From positions 101,405,282 to 101,469,281 of the forward strand of contig NC_068985.1 in NCBI RefSeq assembly GCF_001194135.2: a DNA stretch of 64,000 nt, in the 5' to 3' direction. The first letter of the stretch is position 1. Every line of letters starts with the position of its first letter. Below, one piece after another: positions 27,556 to 40,517 of this stretch. Origin of the DNA: Octopus bimaculoides. Taxonomy: Eukaryota. Position numbers and translations under genes: made by a program. The notes below the pieces were generated by a model. That model was not told where the DNA came from and did not search any database. It worked only from the letters and a program-made list of their open reading frames with translations.

Positions 27556-28210
27556 TCACTGTATTTCAGATTGCACTGAAGCAGTAATAAAGATTCTGTA
27601 ACAAAAGTATTTTGTTTAGCATGCCAAAAATATCAGGGCTACCATAGTATTTATATTTACAATCTCCAGCATCGTTAGCTTGAGGAATAATCTATCAGCT
27701 CAAAATAGAATATAACCGGTATATAGTTATCATTACAAAGAAATTTAGTTGATAGATCATTTTATGAAATTATTCTTTGATGAATAATATTTTGCTAATT
27801 TAATTTAAGACTAGTGGGATCCGCAGAAATTCTACAGAACGAGAAACATTAAGACAAGCTCTTTAAGGATGCACGGATGATTTGCATTTTTATATTTATT
27901 TTCCTTAATTATTTCACTTCCAGTTATAATAATATATCCTATGATTTTAAATTTTGCCTCTGCTAAGCATTTTATATTCTTCACTTTCTCTTCAATTATT
28001 TAACAAATTTGTAACCATGTAATTCATCTCTCTATGTTTTAGCATTTTTCTCTTTCTTTTCGCGTGTCACTTCCATTATCCACACCATAATGCATCGGCT
28101 GCTTATCTGCACTCTCACTCGCTCTCACATTACCACTTCTTCTCTCTCACTCAAGCTCTTCCTCCTCCTCCTCTCTAAGAAACTATAACATTCTTCAGCG
28201 AACAGGTAGG

Positions 28211-28346
28211 ATAATAATATTTTCTACTCTAGGCACAATGCTTGAAATTTTGGGGGAGGGGCCAGTCGATTAGATCGACTCCAGTATGCAACTGGTACTT
28301 TATTTTTCGACCCCGAAAGGATGAACGGCAAATCGACCTATTCGGC
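28211..28346 (-). mobile_element. SINE 3' half (abundant family)
   Basis: Reverse complement of the family body; forms an inverted pair with 27450-27555 about 660 bp away. A more decayed minus-strand copy lies at ~29960-30115. Confidence 0.8.
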
Positions 28347-31300
28347 AAATTAGTTTGTTGGGTGAATGACAAATATGACTCGATGCTGGAGGGATGAACT
28401 TTTAGCAAACTGTCAAGGGCTAGAATTAAACTGTTTGCTTATCTAACTACTTCTATCATATTCAGCCGTGACGGCCGAAGATGTGACATATAACTATGAA
28501 AAGACGAATATGACTTATTGATTCGGGTAGCTCAAGATTCTGATTCCGATGATTCAATAAGTATGCTGATCCATGTCGTAACATCTTTTTGACTGCGTAA
28601 TTCACTACTATACCATGCTTAAATGTTTTTTTTTGTTTCATTTCGATATCTCCCGTATAAAGTCTTGCTGATGTCACTGCTCAAGTATCGTAAATGTTTC
28701 CGTGACTTTTTTTTTTTTTTACTTTCAGGAACAATGTGTATCTCAATAAGCTTCTTCTATTTTAGAAGAAAATAATTTTTTGACATCCTAAAAACTGTGA
28801 AAGAGTATAAAACGTATTTGTTTATTAAACTACCATCGAATGTTTTTTTTTTAGTAAATCGAAATTCAGATTATTTTTGTTTGTTCTATGTTCCATGGAA
28901 TGTCATTATAGCAAATGAATGTAATGCTCATTAAGAGTTCCGTTGTATATGATTGAATTTCTTTTCACTCACCAGATTAATTACTTTAGACGCTTTTCAA
29001 ATTATTCCCAATAATTCTTCGCTGTAGTGTATGTATATAAACATATGCGTATATGCATATACCAACACACGCATATATAATACATATACATTCATATACA
29101 TAAATAATTGCTATTGCCTTGTACTTGGACACAAAGAAATCTCCGTCTTTCTCCTGCAATGGACATATGTGTACTATTTCTAAATGTGTTATCATACGTA
29201 CACACACACGCACACACACGCACACACACACACGCACACACACACACACTCATACACACACACGTGTATATATTAATATGTACACATATATGAACGTGTA
29301 TCAACATATATCTGTGTATGCGCGTGCGTATGTGTATATTCGTTTGCTACATATATTATACAGATATTAAAATATAAAACCGCATTTGAAATAATTGTAT
29401 ATCATCACTTTCATAGTTATTCCCTCTAGAGTCATATGAAATACATTCTATTTATCAATATCATATTTTATAGAATTAAGAGAGAAATATATTCATTTCA
29501 TTGTATTGATACATTAAAATACATCTCTTGTCTCTATGGACGAAGAGGAAACGGACTTCGTATTAATATTTTTACAAGTGTATAAAAATATATTATACAA
29601 ACAAATTTGTCACTCCACATTATGGTTTACTTGTTTTTTTAAAGTCTTGGAATTCAATTCATGAATCTGAATTCCGTTAGTTGAAGTCGTGAATAGAGAT
29701 TTCATGAATATACAGAAGAGTGTTATTTTTCAACAAATGTTTTTTCATTAAAGTTAGCAGAAACGTTGCGTGCGCTGGCGCAATACGTGCAAGGGTTCGA
29801 GAGTGTGTAAGAATGTGTGAATCTATCATCGCCTCACCTTCCGCATCAACTTTAAATATTCGTGTCATAGTAGGGAATTTTTAAGACTGGATTTATGAAC
29901 AGAGGATGTACAATAAGTATAGCTCTAAATTTTGAATATGTAGTTAGAATTATTATGGACATCATTTTTACTATAATCACAAGACCCGACATTTTAGGGA
30001 ACAGTCGATTAGATTGTTCCCCAATGCTCAGCGGATAAGTATTTCATGAACTCCAAAACGAAAAAAATTAAATAACAATTTCAGGGAATATGAACTCTGA
30101 AATTTGATCCAATGTCCAAGACAAATGGTGGGCCTGAACACTGAATGAATTTCAATGGATATCATGACGGGCCTTCGTGGTTTTCGAAACTGGTGGATTG
30201 TCACAAAAAAAAACCGATAAAACTCTGCGAAGATACAGGAAACAATGCCTCATGAATAATTTGTTTCGTCTGTACAGTATGCAGCATATGATTTTCTTTC
30301 ATATGCAATACGTGTTTCTAGACATCTGAGTTGATATCCATCGAAAAATGATGCCTGCGATCGATGATGTTGATGAAAATGAAATCGAATGAAGGGGAAT
30401 TAAATTGGATATTTCAGGCGTAAATCACCGTTAAAAGTAGATTCCAAATTTTGTCAAAAGAGATTGTGAAGTGGGTGAAACGTGTACCCTTTGGTCTAGT
30501 AAGAAATATGGAAACATTTGTTGTGACGAACAGATCTATCCACTGTAATCCTTGATACATGCAATGCTTCATAGAAAGGATGGACGTTGAAACCTTTATG
30601 GTGGGACCCTGTTCAATTTCCTCTATCTATAACTTTCTGTAGGGCCGACCTACAATATTTGGCAGCTATATCTTCAGCAGCCAATATACGATGTAGCATA
30701 TGTTGTTGGATCACCGCAGTATACAATGATATTTGCTCGCCGACTAGGCTCAATGGTCAACGCCATTTTTATAATGTGCTCAGCCCCTCAGTGCACTCAC
30801 CTTTCGTCTTTTCTCTTGGTAATAAGTCCTAAGCTACTACCGCCAAAACTAGAGAATCTGAAAGGTAAACTCACTCAATAATAATAATGTAATCTTTTAC
30901 ACTTACCACAATGCTGGAATAATTTCGATGTCGTCATATCCCTGGTTACCATTGAATTTTAGATAAATAATAAATTAATTACCAGAATAATCAAATACGG
31001 GCTTATCATAATGAAGTTACTCTTCCAGTGTCTGCTGACTTCGTGTCTAAGATAGTTTCATTAACAACCGTGAATTTGTTAATTCGTTGTGTAGCATAGA
31101 CCACAGATATTTAGAAACATTTTCAAACCTAGATTCCACTACTCTTTATTCCATTAAGATTTCGATAAACGTAAATACCACTGAAGGATCGAATGTGTTG
31201 CAATCAAATACGCTACAATGCAAAATGTTTCCATTCCTAGCTTATATCAGAAAAAGTCCAGTGTGACATATCAGTGAGCTGGCAAATTCGTTACTCACCA

Positions 31301-33110
31301 CAAAAACATGTCACTCGTAAATTAGAAGTATTTATTCACCTGAATTCTAAAACTATTTTCACTTTTGAGACATTAATTTTATAAACACCAACTAGGAAAT
31401 CACTTTAACCCCTCTCTGCCCATCAGTGAAATTTGCCTTTTTTCCTTCCAAAGTCAACAACATAATATAGCATTAAACTACTACGACGTTTTCGTTATTA
31501 CTTAGCTCTTTCTTTCAGTTTCGCAGCATTGAGTCATATGCTTGTATATACAAAGAATCTGAAAAAAAATTCACGTCTTACATTGCGAATATTCGTTCTT
31601 GTGGTGAATAATATCTGTGCTGCAGTAACTGTTTGCCCTTTTCACAACATTCAAAATCGTTTGTATATACAAGCATAGGAAAATTATAACGAAATTACTC
31701 ATTGTAACCCTTGTATGAACTGACATTTATATATGCCTGTTTGTTTGTATATATGTACACAGTTATGTATGAATGTACTATGTATATATGCGTGTGTGTG
31801 TTCGTGCGTGTTTGTCTGCATATAACACACACAGAGGTACACGTGTGTGTGTGTTTGTGTGAAAGTATGTATGTGTGAGTGACTGTTTATGTGCGAATGT
31901 GAGTGCATATATTTCAGTAAGATTCTAATCGCATTTCAGTAAAATATTTGTAGTTAACGTTGATTAGATTTTGAGGTAGAAATCGCTATGTTTATTTTGA
32001 AGGAGCTTTATGTTGTTATGTGACGCTATCTCTTACAAATTCTGAAATATTTCAGCTTTATCTGCTGACATTTGCTGACTGCCTGATGATTGATGAGTTG
32101 GAAATTAGATGACATGAAGATCATTGATGTAAAAAAAATGCAAACTCGATGTTATAATTTTCCCATGAAGATAGATGCCTGCGTATGTGGTTCTTACTTA
32201 AAGGTGAAAGGTTTTGTCGATAATCAAACATTATGAGGATTTATATGCTTTTAAATATGTTTTAAGCATATAGGATAACTATTAAGAATTAAACTATTAT
32301 CGTTTTCGTAATTAACCTGCATTGACGAAAATATATTACAAAAGTTTGATATGAATACATATGGATAATAATAGGCCCATTTAGTTAATTTACTGACCGC
32401 CATTTATTTCTTGCATCCTCGTTATAACTCTGAGATAGGTCGAATATATCAAATGAAAAGGAGGACCTTAATGTTTACAGTGTAGAATTCTGTTTCCCTC
32501 TACTATACATGTTACGTCAATGATTCTGATACTGTATGCTTAAACTAGTCATACTTGTAGCTGAGACACATTCAGGTATGTTAACTAAGCGTACTAACCA
32601 AGCCATTAAACAAATATTAACACCGTAATGCATTATGTGCTAATGCTGTAAAGGAAATTAATGGCAGTGTTCCAATAAATCCTCTGTTGTTTATTAGACT
32701 CGATATTTGCCAATTCATTAGGATAGAGGAATATTAAAGACACTAACGTAATTAATTTACAAAGCGTTTTCAGTAAAAATGCATCAAAATAATGAATAAC
32801 CGACAACAATTTTCAATTTAGGGATGTACTCTGTTTCTCGTCTGTGTATTTAGCAGGTGATATAATTACAATACACTAGGATGCGTTAAATCTTATGGCT
32901 CCAGAGTTTAGTTCAAAGAAATAATATGAATATTGGAGGCAGTGTGCATCACGTGTAATTTTCCAGATGATTCTAGATAGAAATTCTCTTTCGAATTTCG
33001 GTTAGTCATTCATGTATAATCCATTCATACAATGTTCTAATGGCAGTATATCAGAAATCCCTTTATCCCTGTTAGAGCAACACATTACAATGACTCTACA
33101 GCTGCTGCTG

Positions 33111-33142
<32 letters not shown>

Positions 33143-34460
33143 GGTGTTGTTGTTGTTGTTGTTGATTTTGTTGTTAATGTTGCCTTCGTTGTCGTCGTTA
33201 CTGTTCATATCTGTCTTCCCTCTGATGGAATGGGTTAGTATATGGGTATGTATGGAAACTATAGCTGTTTCTAACAAATCCAACCCCCATACAGATATGT
33301 CCTCTTTGGCTCCAATCATTGTGTTAACGATGAATAGCAAAACGTTAACTTCAAGTAATCATGTATTTCTTCAGCGCCTGTTTTCATCAAGCATTTTAAT
33401 TAATAGTACGCCTTGTATGGAACTGAAAGTTTAGACAGGAAAGAGAAATATAATTTCATTAAACTATTCTTAGAGTCTCAGTAAAGAGAAGACTTGAATC
33501 TAGACGAAAATATGCCAATACTCCTCCAGTGATAAAGAACAAATAATATGTATTAGACATACTTAGGGATATATTTATTGTCATGGAACAAAGACAAAGT
33601 ACATTGTGTATCCTTTCAGTAGCTGTTTACAAATGGCAAAGTCTGCGCATTGTTATTTGATTGTTACATAAACTATTGCTACTACAATACAAATTTAGAA
33701 TTTTAATATATGTAATGATGTCACAAGGAAATAATTTATTGGCATTTTTATGACACACTGAAATATAATTATTTATACAATAAATAACATTGTGACCAAT
33801 GAAATTGATGTGTTCAATTTAAGACATTCTGCCAATTTTTATATTCGTTTCAAATAGATTATAAAGATATTGAAAATAAATGTGAAGATTAGGTAAACAG
33901 CATGAACGACAAATTACGTCCCCAGGCGTAATATTTTCCCTTCATATTTCTTCCTTGAAATATATAGTTTTTGTATCATCTTATTTATTGCCTTCACACA
34001 TCTTTTAAAGTATATTTGAGAAATTATTTTGAACATTTCTATGATTAACAATATCATGAATGGCTCCACCAAATATTATTGATTTAATATCAAACTTAAT
34101 ACTAAATATTTGACAGAACGCCGTAGTTTATGTTAATGCATTAGATTTTACACACTTTTAAATCTCTTTTAAACAGTATATATTAATATCATATAATGCT
34201 CATGTTCAACTCAATATAAGAAGGAGACATTCACTGATATGATTCACACAGATACATGATTCTTTCTAATTGCTAAGCAACCAATATTTGAGTTAGATTA
34301 AATCAACGCACCAAGGAGCATACATGGACTAATCATCCACTTTCAGATAACTATCTTCCTTTACATGTCTAACATGATACACTAGGTTATATACAAAATA
34401 CAGCATTACACACACACACACACACACATGTGTACACACATGTATATATATATATATATA

Positions 34461-35660
34461 GGCGTAGGAGTGGCTGTGTGGTAAGTAGCTTGCTTACGAA
34501 CTACATGGTTCCGGGTTGAGTCACACTATGTGGCATCTTAGGCAGGTGTCTTCTGCTATAGCCACGGGTCGACCAAAGTCTTATGAGTGGATTTGGTAGA
34601 CGGAAACTGAAAGACGCCCGTCGTATATATGTATATATATANNNNNNNNNNNNNNNNNNNNNNNNNNNNNNNNNNNNNNNNNNNNNNNNNNNNNNNNNNN
34701 NNNNNNNNNNNNNNNNNNNNNNNNNNNNNNNNNNNNNNNNNNNNNNNNNNNNNNNNNNNNNNNNNNNNNNNNNNNNNNNNNNNNNNNNNNNNNNNNNNNN
34801 NNNNNNNNNNNNNNNNNNNNNNNNNNNNNNNNNNNNNNNNNNNNNNNNNNNNNNNNNNNNNNNNNNNNNNNNNNNNNNNNNNNNNNNNNNNNNNNNNNNN
34901 NNNNNNNNNNNNNNNNNNNNNNNNNNNNNNNNNNNNNNNNNNNNNNNNNNNNNNNNNNNNNNNNNNNNNNNNNNNNNNNNNNNNNNNNNNNNNNNNNNNN
35001 NNNNNNNNNNNNNNNNNNNNNNNNNNNNNNNNNNNNNNNNNNNNNNNNNNNNNNNNNNNNNNNNNNNNNNNNNNNNNNNNNNNNNNNNNNNNNNNNNNNN
35101 NNNNNNNNNNNNNNNNNNNNNNNNNNNNNNNNNNNNNNNNNNNNNNNNNNNNNNNNNNNNNNNNNNNNNNNNNNNNNNNNNNNNNNNNNNNNNNNNNNNN
35201 NNNNNNNNNNNNNNNNNNNNNNNNNNNNNNNNNNNNNNNNNNNNNNNNNNNNNNNNNNNNNNNNNNNNNNNNNNNNNNNNNNNNNNNNNNNNNNNNNNNN
35301 NNNNNNNNNNNNNNNNNNNNNNNNNNNNNNNNNNNNNNNNNNNNNNNNNNNNNNNNNNNNNNNNNNNNNNNNNNNNNNNNNNNNNNNNNNNNNNNNNNNN
35401 NNNNNNNNNNNNNNNNNNNNNNNNNNNNNNNNNNNNNNNNNNNTGTGTGTATGGGTGTGTGTGTGTGTCTGTGTGTGTGTGTGCGTGTTTGTGTTTATTT
35501 TGTTTCGCCCCCGAACGTCCTCGTAACCTAGCGGTTCGGCAAAAGAGCCCGATAGAATAAGTACTATGCTTACAAAGAATAATCCTGGTGTCAATTTGCT
35601 CGACTAAAGGCGACGCTCCAGCATGGTCACAGTCAAATGACTGAAACAGGTAAAAGAGTA
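34461..35660 (+). mobile_element. Full-length CORE-type SINE with large internal microsatellite gap
   Basis: Head GGCGTAGGAGTGGCTGTGTGGTAAG, CORE region, (TA)n-N gap (34642-35443)-(TG)n, tail CAGCATGGTCACAGTCAAATGACTGAAAC. Confidence 0.9.
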
Positions 35661-36527
35661 TATATATATATATATACTCACAATTCTCTGACTTTCAATG
35701 CGTGTGCCAAAGTACCGAACTTTGCTAATGAGTGACCAACACTCCATATAGTAGATAAATATAGTTTGTGTTTCGATTAGCAAACATGACATTGGTGTCA
35801 TGCGGAAACAATTTACACTATTGCTCTATATGCCTGTACTCGCTTCCATTCTAGAAATACTTTCCACGTGAATTATTATTACACAATTAAAGTACACAGA
35901 CACACATGCACACACACACAAACGCACACACACACACACACACACTCACACGCCCACACACAAATATATAAACGCGTCTGAAAAAAAATAATATTCATGC
36001 TACTTTAGTCATACTACGTAGGAAGTAGCAGGAGTACCTGTAATTTTATGTATCTATAATTAGGATATTGTACATGTAATGCTAAGGGACTGTTATTTCG
36101 TGCGTCACGAGGCAGCATGGAAACAATTCTGAGACGTACTCTCAGTGAAAAACTTGAACGATGCAAGCGGATGCATCGTGAAATGCAGTGTTTGAAAACT
36201 ATAATCTCTACAATTTGTGAGCGTTATCTGAGTTTTGAAAATACAAATCTAATGAGGATAATTTTTCATTCATTAAATATTAAACAATTATAATTTAATG
36301 TATACTATATCTTTAGCCGCCCTAATGTGTTTCAAATATAGAATGATCAGAGATACCATAACAAAAATATCTGAACTTTTCGCTGATCTGTCTATAACTT
36401 CATAAGCAAGAAATATCACAAAATTCCTATGATATCACAAAAACTGTGGCGTTATAATGCATCTTATACATAGACTCGAATTAATTTCATCTTCCTTGTA
36501 ATAGACTAGAAAAAAGTGACAGCTTAC

Positions 36528-36592
36528 CATCGGTCATCATACAAATAGCTACAATTAGAGAGTAAACATATCGTAAACCCTACGGCATAAAC
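36528..36592 (-). other. Candidate 65-nt coding exon
   Basis: GTAACTGTAATTTCTAG| acceptor and ATG|GTAAGC donor; single open frame VYAVGFTICLLSNCSYLYDDR. Confidence 0.3.
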
Positions 36593-37384
36593 CTAGAAAT
36601 TACAGTTACATGCAAGCGTGATAGAGTTAGTTTTGTTGACGCCATTCACCAGAGAGCCTAAATTGACAGTTAAATATATATATTATGAATTATTGAGTAA
36701 GTGTATGTTATTAGGAAAATCAGCTGCGGCTGTACAATGACTGTTGACAGCAGCATATTGAGCAAACTTACCGAGTTAAAATAGAATACAAAATTATGCA
36801 CTTATTCAGGAATTTAAACTACGCTCGTAGACAAATGTTACTATTCGATGAACTATAAGAGTATCAAAGTTGAATGCAGAAAAAAATTGGTATACCTTAC
36901 ACATAAACGAATACTAGGAAAGTATACCAGATATTCAAAATTAGACCAACAGAATTGGGAATAAACTCATCATAGTTTCACTTGGCAACCATTCCTGCCT
37001 AATTACAATTATCGCTTAATATATAATAAATATGCAAAACAACCCCATCTTCCCTCATCAATTCATAAATTTTAAATGTTAAAAATCACTTTAGAATATA
37101 TGTCAACGCTACCAAAATACAATAAAGAACTAAAACACCGAAATGTTCTATTGGCGTTCCGTAGTCACATTCAAGAAGGAAGTGGTTTTACAACAATGGC
37201 ATAAAGAGGAAGAGCACTCACAAAGCGCAAGTATCCGGCAGGACAATACCAACGTTCTCTCAACGATGAGTCAGAAATGATCTTTGGAATGAGAATATCT
37301 GAAATACACACAGCTGCTCTCACAGACGAGAAAACAAAATATGAACCCGACTGCTCTTGAAAATTTAGGAAAAAAACAAAAAAA

Positions 37385-37516
37385 AAACAGAATCCTTATC
37401 CCAACGTTTCATCCGAATCCATCTTGCGATTCTTGTGATATCTTTTCCACGGACAAACAAGCGAACAAACATGTATGAAAAGAATAACTCCGCCTTCGCT
37501 AAGGCAGAGGTAATAA
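37385..37516 (-). mobile_element. Helentron-type non-autonomous element, internally deleted
   Basis: Reverse complement starts TTATTACCTCTGCCTTAGCGAAGGCGGAG and shares its body with 11462 and 40190. Confidence 0.7.
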
Positions 37517-38557
37517 CGCATTTTGAACGCAATGACTTTCATTCTCCCAGTTGTCAGATTTCCGATGAAAGCAGATTATCCCTTGAATCAGAGCATTCTA
37601 TAGCATTTCTTCCATTGGAGCACTTAATGTATTTTAGCAATCGTTCAAATCCATCTCTGACATAGTCATGTTCCATATCTATCTGCCGTTCCGTCGTCCT
37701 ATACAATTGAATAGTATTGTTTCGGTCTGTCCTCGGTTTCTCTATTTCTCTTACTTAAATTTCCGAATGCGAATATGTTTGCAAGTAACCCAGTTAAAGA
37801 AAACCATGTGAAAAACCTACTGCATTCCCCTTCATCTGTCTTTTCAGGTGGTTCTTGAAATCTTCCCATCCAACAGTCCAATATGTTCTAAAACCGACTG
37901 GTTGGTCGTCTAGTTCTTTCAGGAAAGCGAACAATTTTGCTAATTTTTTTTAAATTCACAATCCTGATGATTTGATTGCAAATTATTTCTGCATATCTAT
38001 GTCTCGCATTTGTACAAATGAGTTGCAATATCAGAGGTTTCACCAGATCAGTTTTTTTCTACATCTGAAATATTTCTGCAACTCAACTCGTCATAATTAC
38101 TTTTTTTCTAATTGTGCAGCTGCTATTGCAAATAGTCATATTTTCATTGTTTCCTAAATTACATTTTCTTTGATTAGAAAGCATGTAGAATGCTAACTGA
38201 AAGTTAATGATTTCAGCTGCATCTTTATCACAGCCTGTTTGTTCTGAGTATTATATTCTCGTCAACATAACCTAATCTCTTCAATATTAGTATTTACTTC
38301 AAGCAGGACATACACACACAGACACGCACTCGAACAAACACATACATACATGTATACTTATCAATAATATTAATGCGCTAACTTTCGTTTGTTTTTTTAC
38401 ATACGTACATGTAGTGTGTGTTGCGCTTACTTCAGAGAAGGAGGGAAAAGGTTTGAAGGGTGAGGTGCAAAGAAAAAGAGAAATAAAAAGTGTTAAGCTG
38501 AGGACATATAGTTGAAATCAGTGGCAAAGTGGGAGAGATGAGGGACAGAAAGGAAGT

Positions 38558-38600
<43 letters not shown>

Positions 38601-38640
38601 GGCGAGAGAGCGAGAGAGCGAGAGAGAGAGAGAGTGCGCG

Positions 38641-38932
38641 AGAGACAGAAACTGTTGACTGAATAGAAGGTGGCATTCTTTTTGTCGTTTTTAAACGTTT
38701 ATCAGTATTTTCAGATAGACTGATGCATACAGCGAAGCTGATACATACATACATACATACATACATACAAACATTATTAAATTAAAAGTGGGAGAGGGGA
38801 GGGATACAAAAGAATGAGACACAAAGAGAGAGCGAATGAGAGAGACAGTGAGTGCTGACTGAACGGAAAGTGGCGTTTATTTTGTGTTTTTTAAATGTTT
38901 ATTAGTATTTTCAGATTAGACTGAACATTTGA
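38641..38932 (+). repeat. Imperfect ~90-bp direct duplication (38641-38728 / 38839-38932)
   Basis: GAGACAG...TGACTGAA...GTGGC...TTTTTAAA.GTTTAT.AGTATTTTCAGAT.AGACTGA occurs twice, each copy after a GA-rich tract. Confidence 0.8.
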
Positions 38933-38954
38933 TACATAGATCGAAAATGAGAAG

Positions 38955-38985
<31 letters not shown>

Positions 38986-39003
38986 GATAGATAGATATAG
39001 AAA

Positions 39004-39144
39004 CACTTATTCGGTAGCCATGATACAACTCCGAGTGTCGGATGCCGGGGTGAGAACCCACGCCAACATCTCTTCCGTTATCCGGCCATTCTCACTGCGC
39101 CGGCATCTGAAACTCGGAGTTTTATCACGGCTACCGAATAAGCG
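39004..39144. mobile_element. Short palindromic element (MITE-like hairpin)
   Basis: 43-bp arms (39006-39048 / 39100-39142) with 4 mismatches, plus inner GTGAGAA/TTCTCAC pairing; lies between (GATA)n and (TA)n. Confidence 0.8.
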
Positions 39145-39158
39145 TCACATATTTTTAC

Positions 39159-39260
<102 letters not shown>

Positions 39261-39269
39261 TTATATATA

Positions 39270-39700
39270 CGTCGTTGGCCAAAAGTTACCTGACAGTAAA
39301 TCAAAATTCCAAAATTTATTAATCTTTAAGAATTTAATGAATGTAATAAAAGTATCGAAATATGAAATATGAAAATTGTTCAAACTAGAGTTCTTCTTGA
39401 GCGACACATTTTTCCAACTGAATAAATAAAAGTGGATATCAAGTATTTATGGAAGTTTGATTTAGTGACTTATGGTCATGTGTATGTTAAGCGCCATATT
39501 GCGTTCTCTCGTCGGGGAAACTTGCACTCGTATGCATCGTGACTCATTCTTTGAATCACATGCATACAAAAATTTCTAATTTATCACTGCATGTGATTGT
39601 CTTCATGCAATTGTTCTTATGATGGATGACGGAATGACGGCGCTAAACGCCCAGAGCTGTCGCAGATACCCACAACCATCTCATCTGAGCTACAGTATAT
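39270..39700 (-). mobile_element. Tc1/mariner-like relic (one TIR plus decayed transposase C-terminus)
   Basis: TA|CGTCGTTGGCCAAAAGTT resembles Tc1 TIRs; minus strand shows weak remnants (..GR..., EQLHE, RCIRV) of a transposase end. Confidence 0.45.
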
Positions 39701-40189
39701 ATCATCTCCTAATCCTGTATGTGATTTTTAAAACCATGTACTAAGTGTTATATGACACATAACACAGATAGAAGAAGCAAGTTGTTCAATAAGGTCGGCA
39801 CTATAATATACATTCTAGCACCACGCACGTCGATTTGTGTGATATTTGTATACATACCTACATACATAAATATTTATATTCACACGCACGCACATACACA
39901 CACCGATATACTTATATATGAATATATATGTCTATATTCATTTATTCTAATTTAGCTCAACATGTCCAAGTTAAGAATAAAAGACAAACAGTTTATATTT
40001 CGTATATTTATTTGAAGAAATTTCATCCTTCACCGAAAATCTCGTCAACATGTCCATCAAGTTTTGATTAAAATGTTTTCTGAATTTGTTTCCTCGATAT
40101 GCATCAAACCTGGAGGGATTCGCTGCCAAATTCGATTATGAACAAGGTATTTTAAGTTAGCTGAAATGAAATCTCCTGTCACTTGCATC

Positions 40190-40517
40190 TATTACCTCCG
40201 CCTTCGCTAAGGCGGCGGTAATGCTTTCAGTCATATTTGTTTGTTTGGATGGATTCGGATGAAGCTTTGAGGGATGTTTGGCCTCGTAACTGGCACGAAA
40301 GGATTAGATTAGATTTGGGGATCGATCCAGTACCGGACAAACATTTTAGATTATTTCTCTTGTTCTTTACTTAATTTTTGAGCGCGGAGTTCATCTTTAG
40401 TATTCTCGTTTGTGAAAGCAGTAGAGCCGATTTCGGGTATTCTTAGTTTGAAAATCATCTCTGGTTAATCATTGGCGTTGCCTGGGCGGAGGTTTGTGCT
40501 CTCTGAATGTTCTTGTT
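40190..40517 (+). mobile_element. Helentron-type non-autonomous element (HINE/DINE-1-like), near complete
   Basis: 5' subTIR ATTACCTCCGCC with its own inverted partner, TGTT repeat, 3' subTIR GGCGGAGGT (40485-40493), short 3' hairpin remnant, T-rich end. Confidence 0.75.

Noticed and set aside
30560-30830. Possible helicase or RT remnant on the minus strand
   Set aside because: Resemblance is limited to a few residues (ILAAEDIAA); no second diagnostic motif.
32079-32089. Partial match to a miR-745/miR-22-family mature sequence (CTGCCTGATGA)
   Set aside because: Only 11 nt match and no precursor hairpin.
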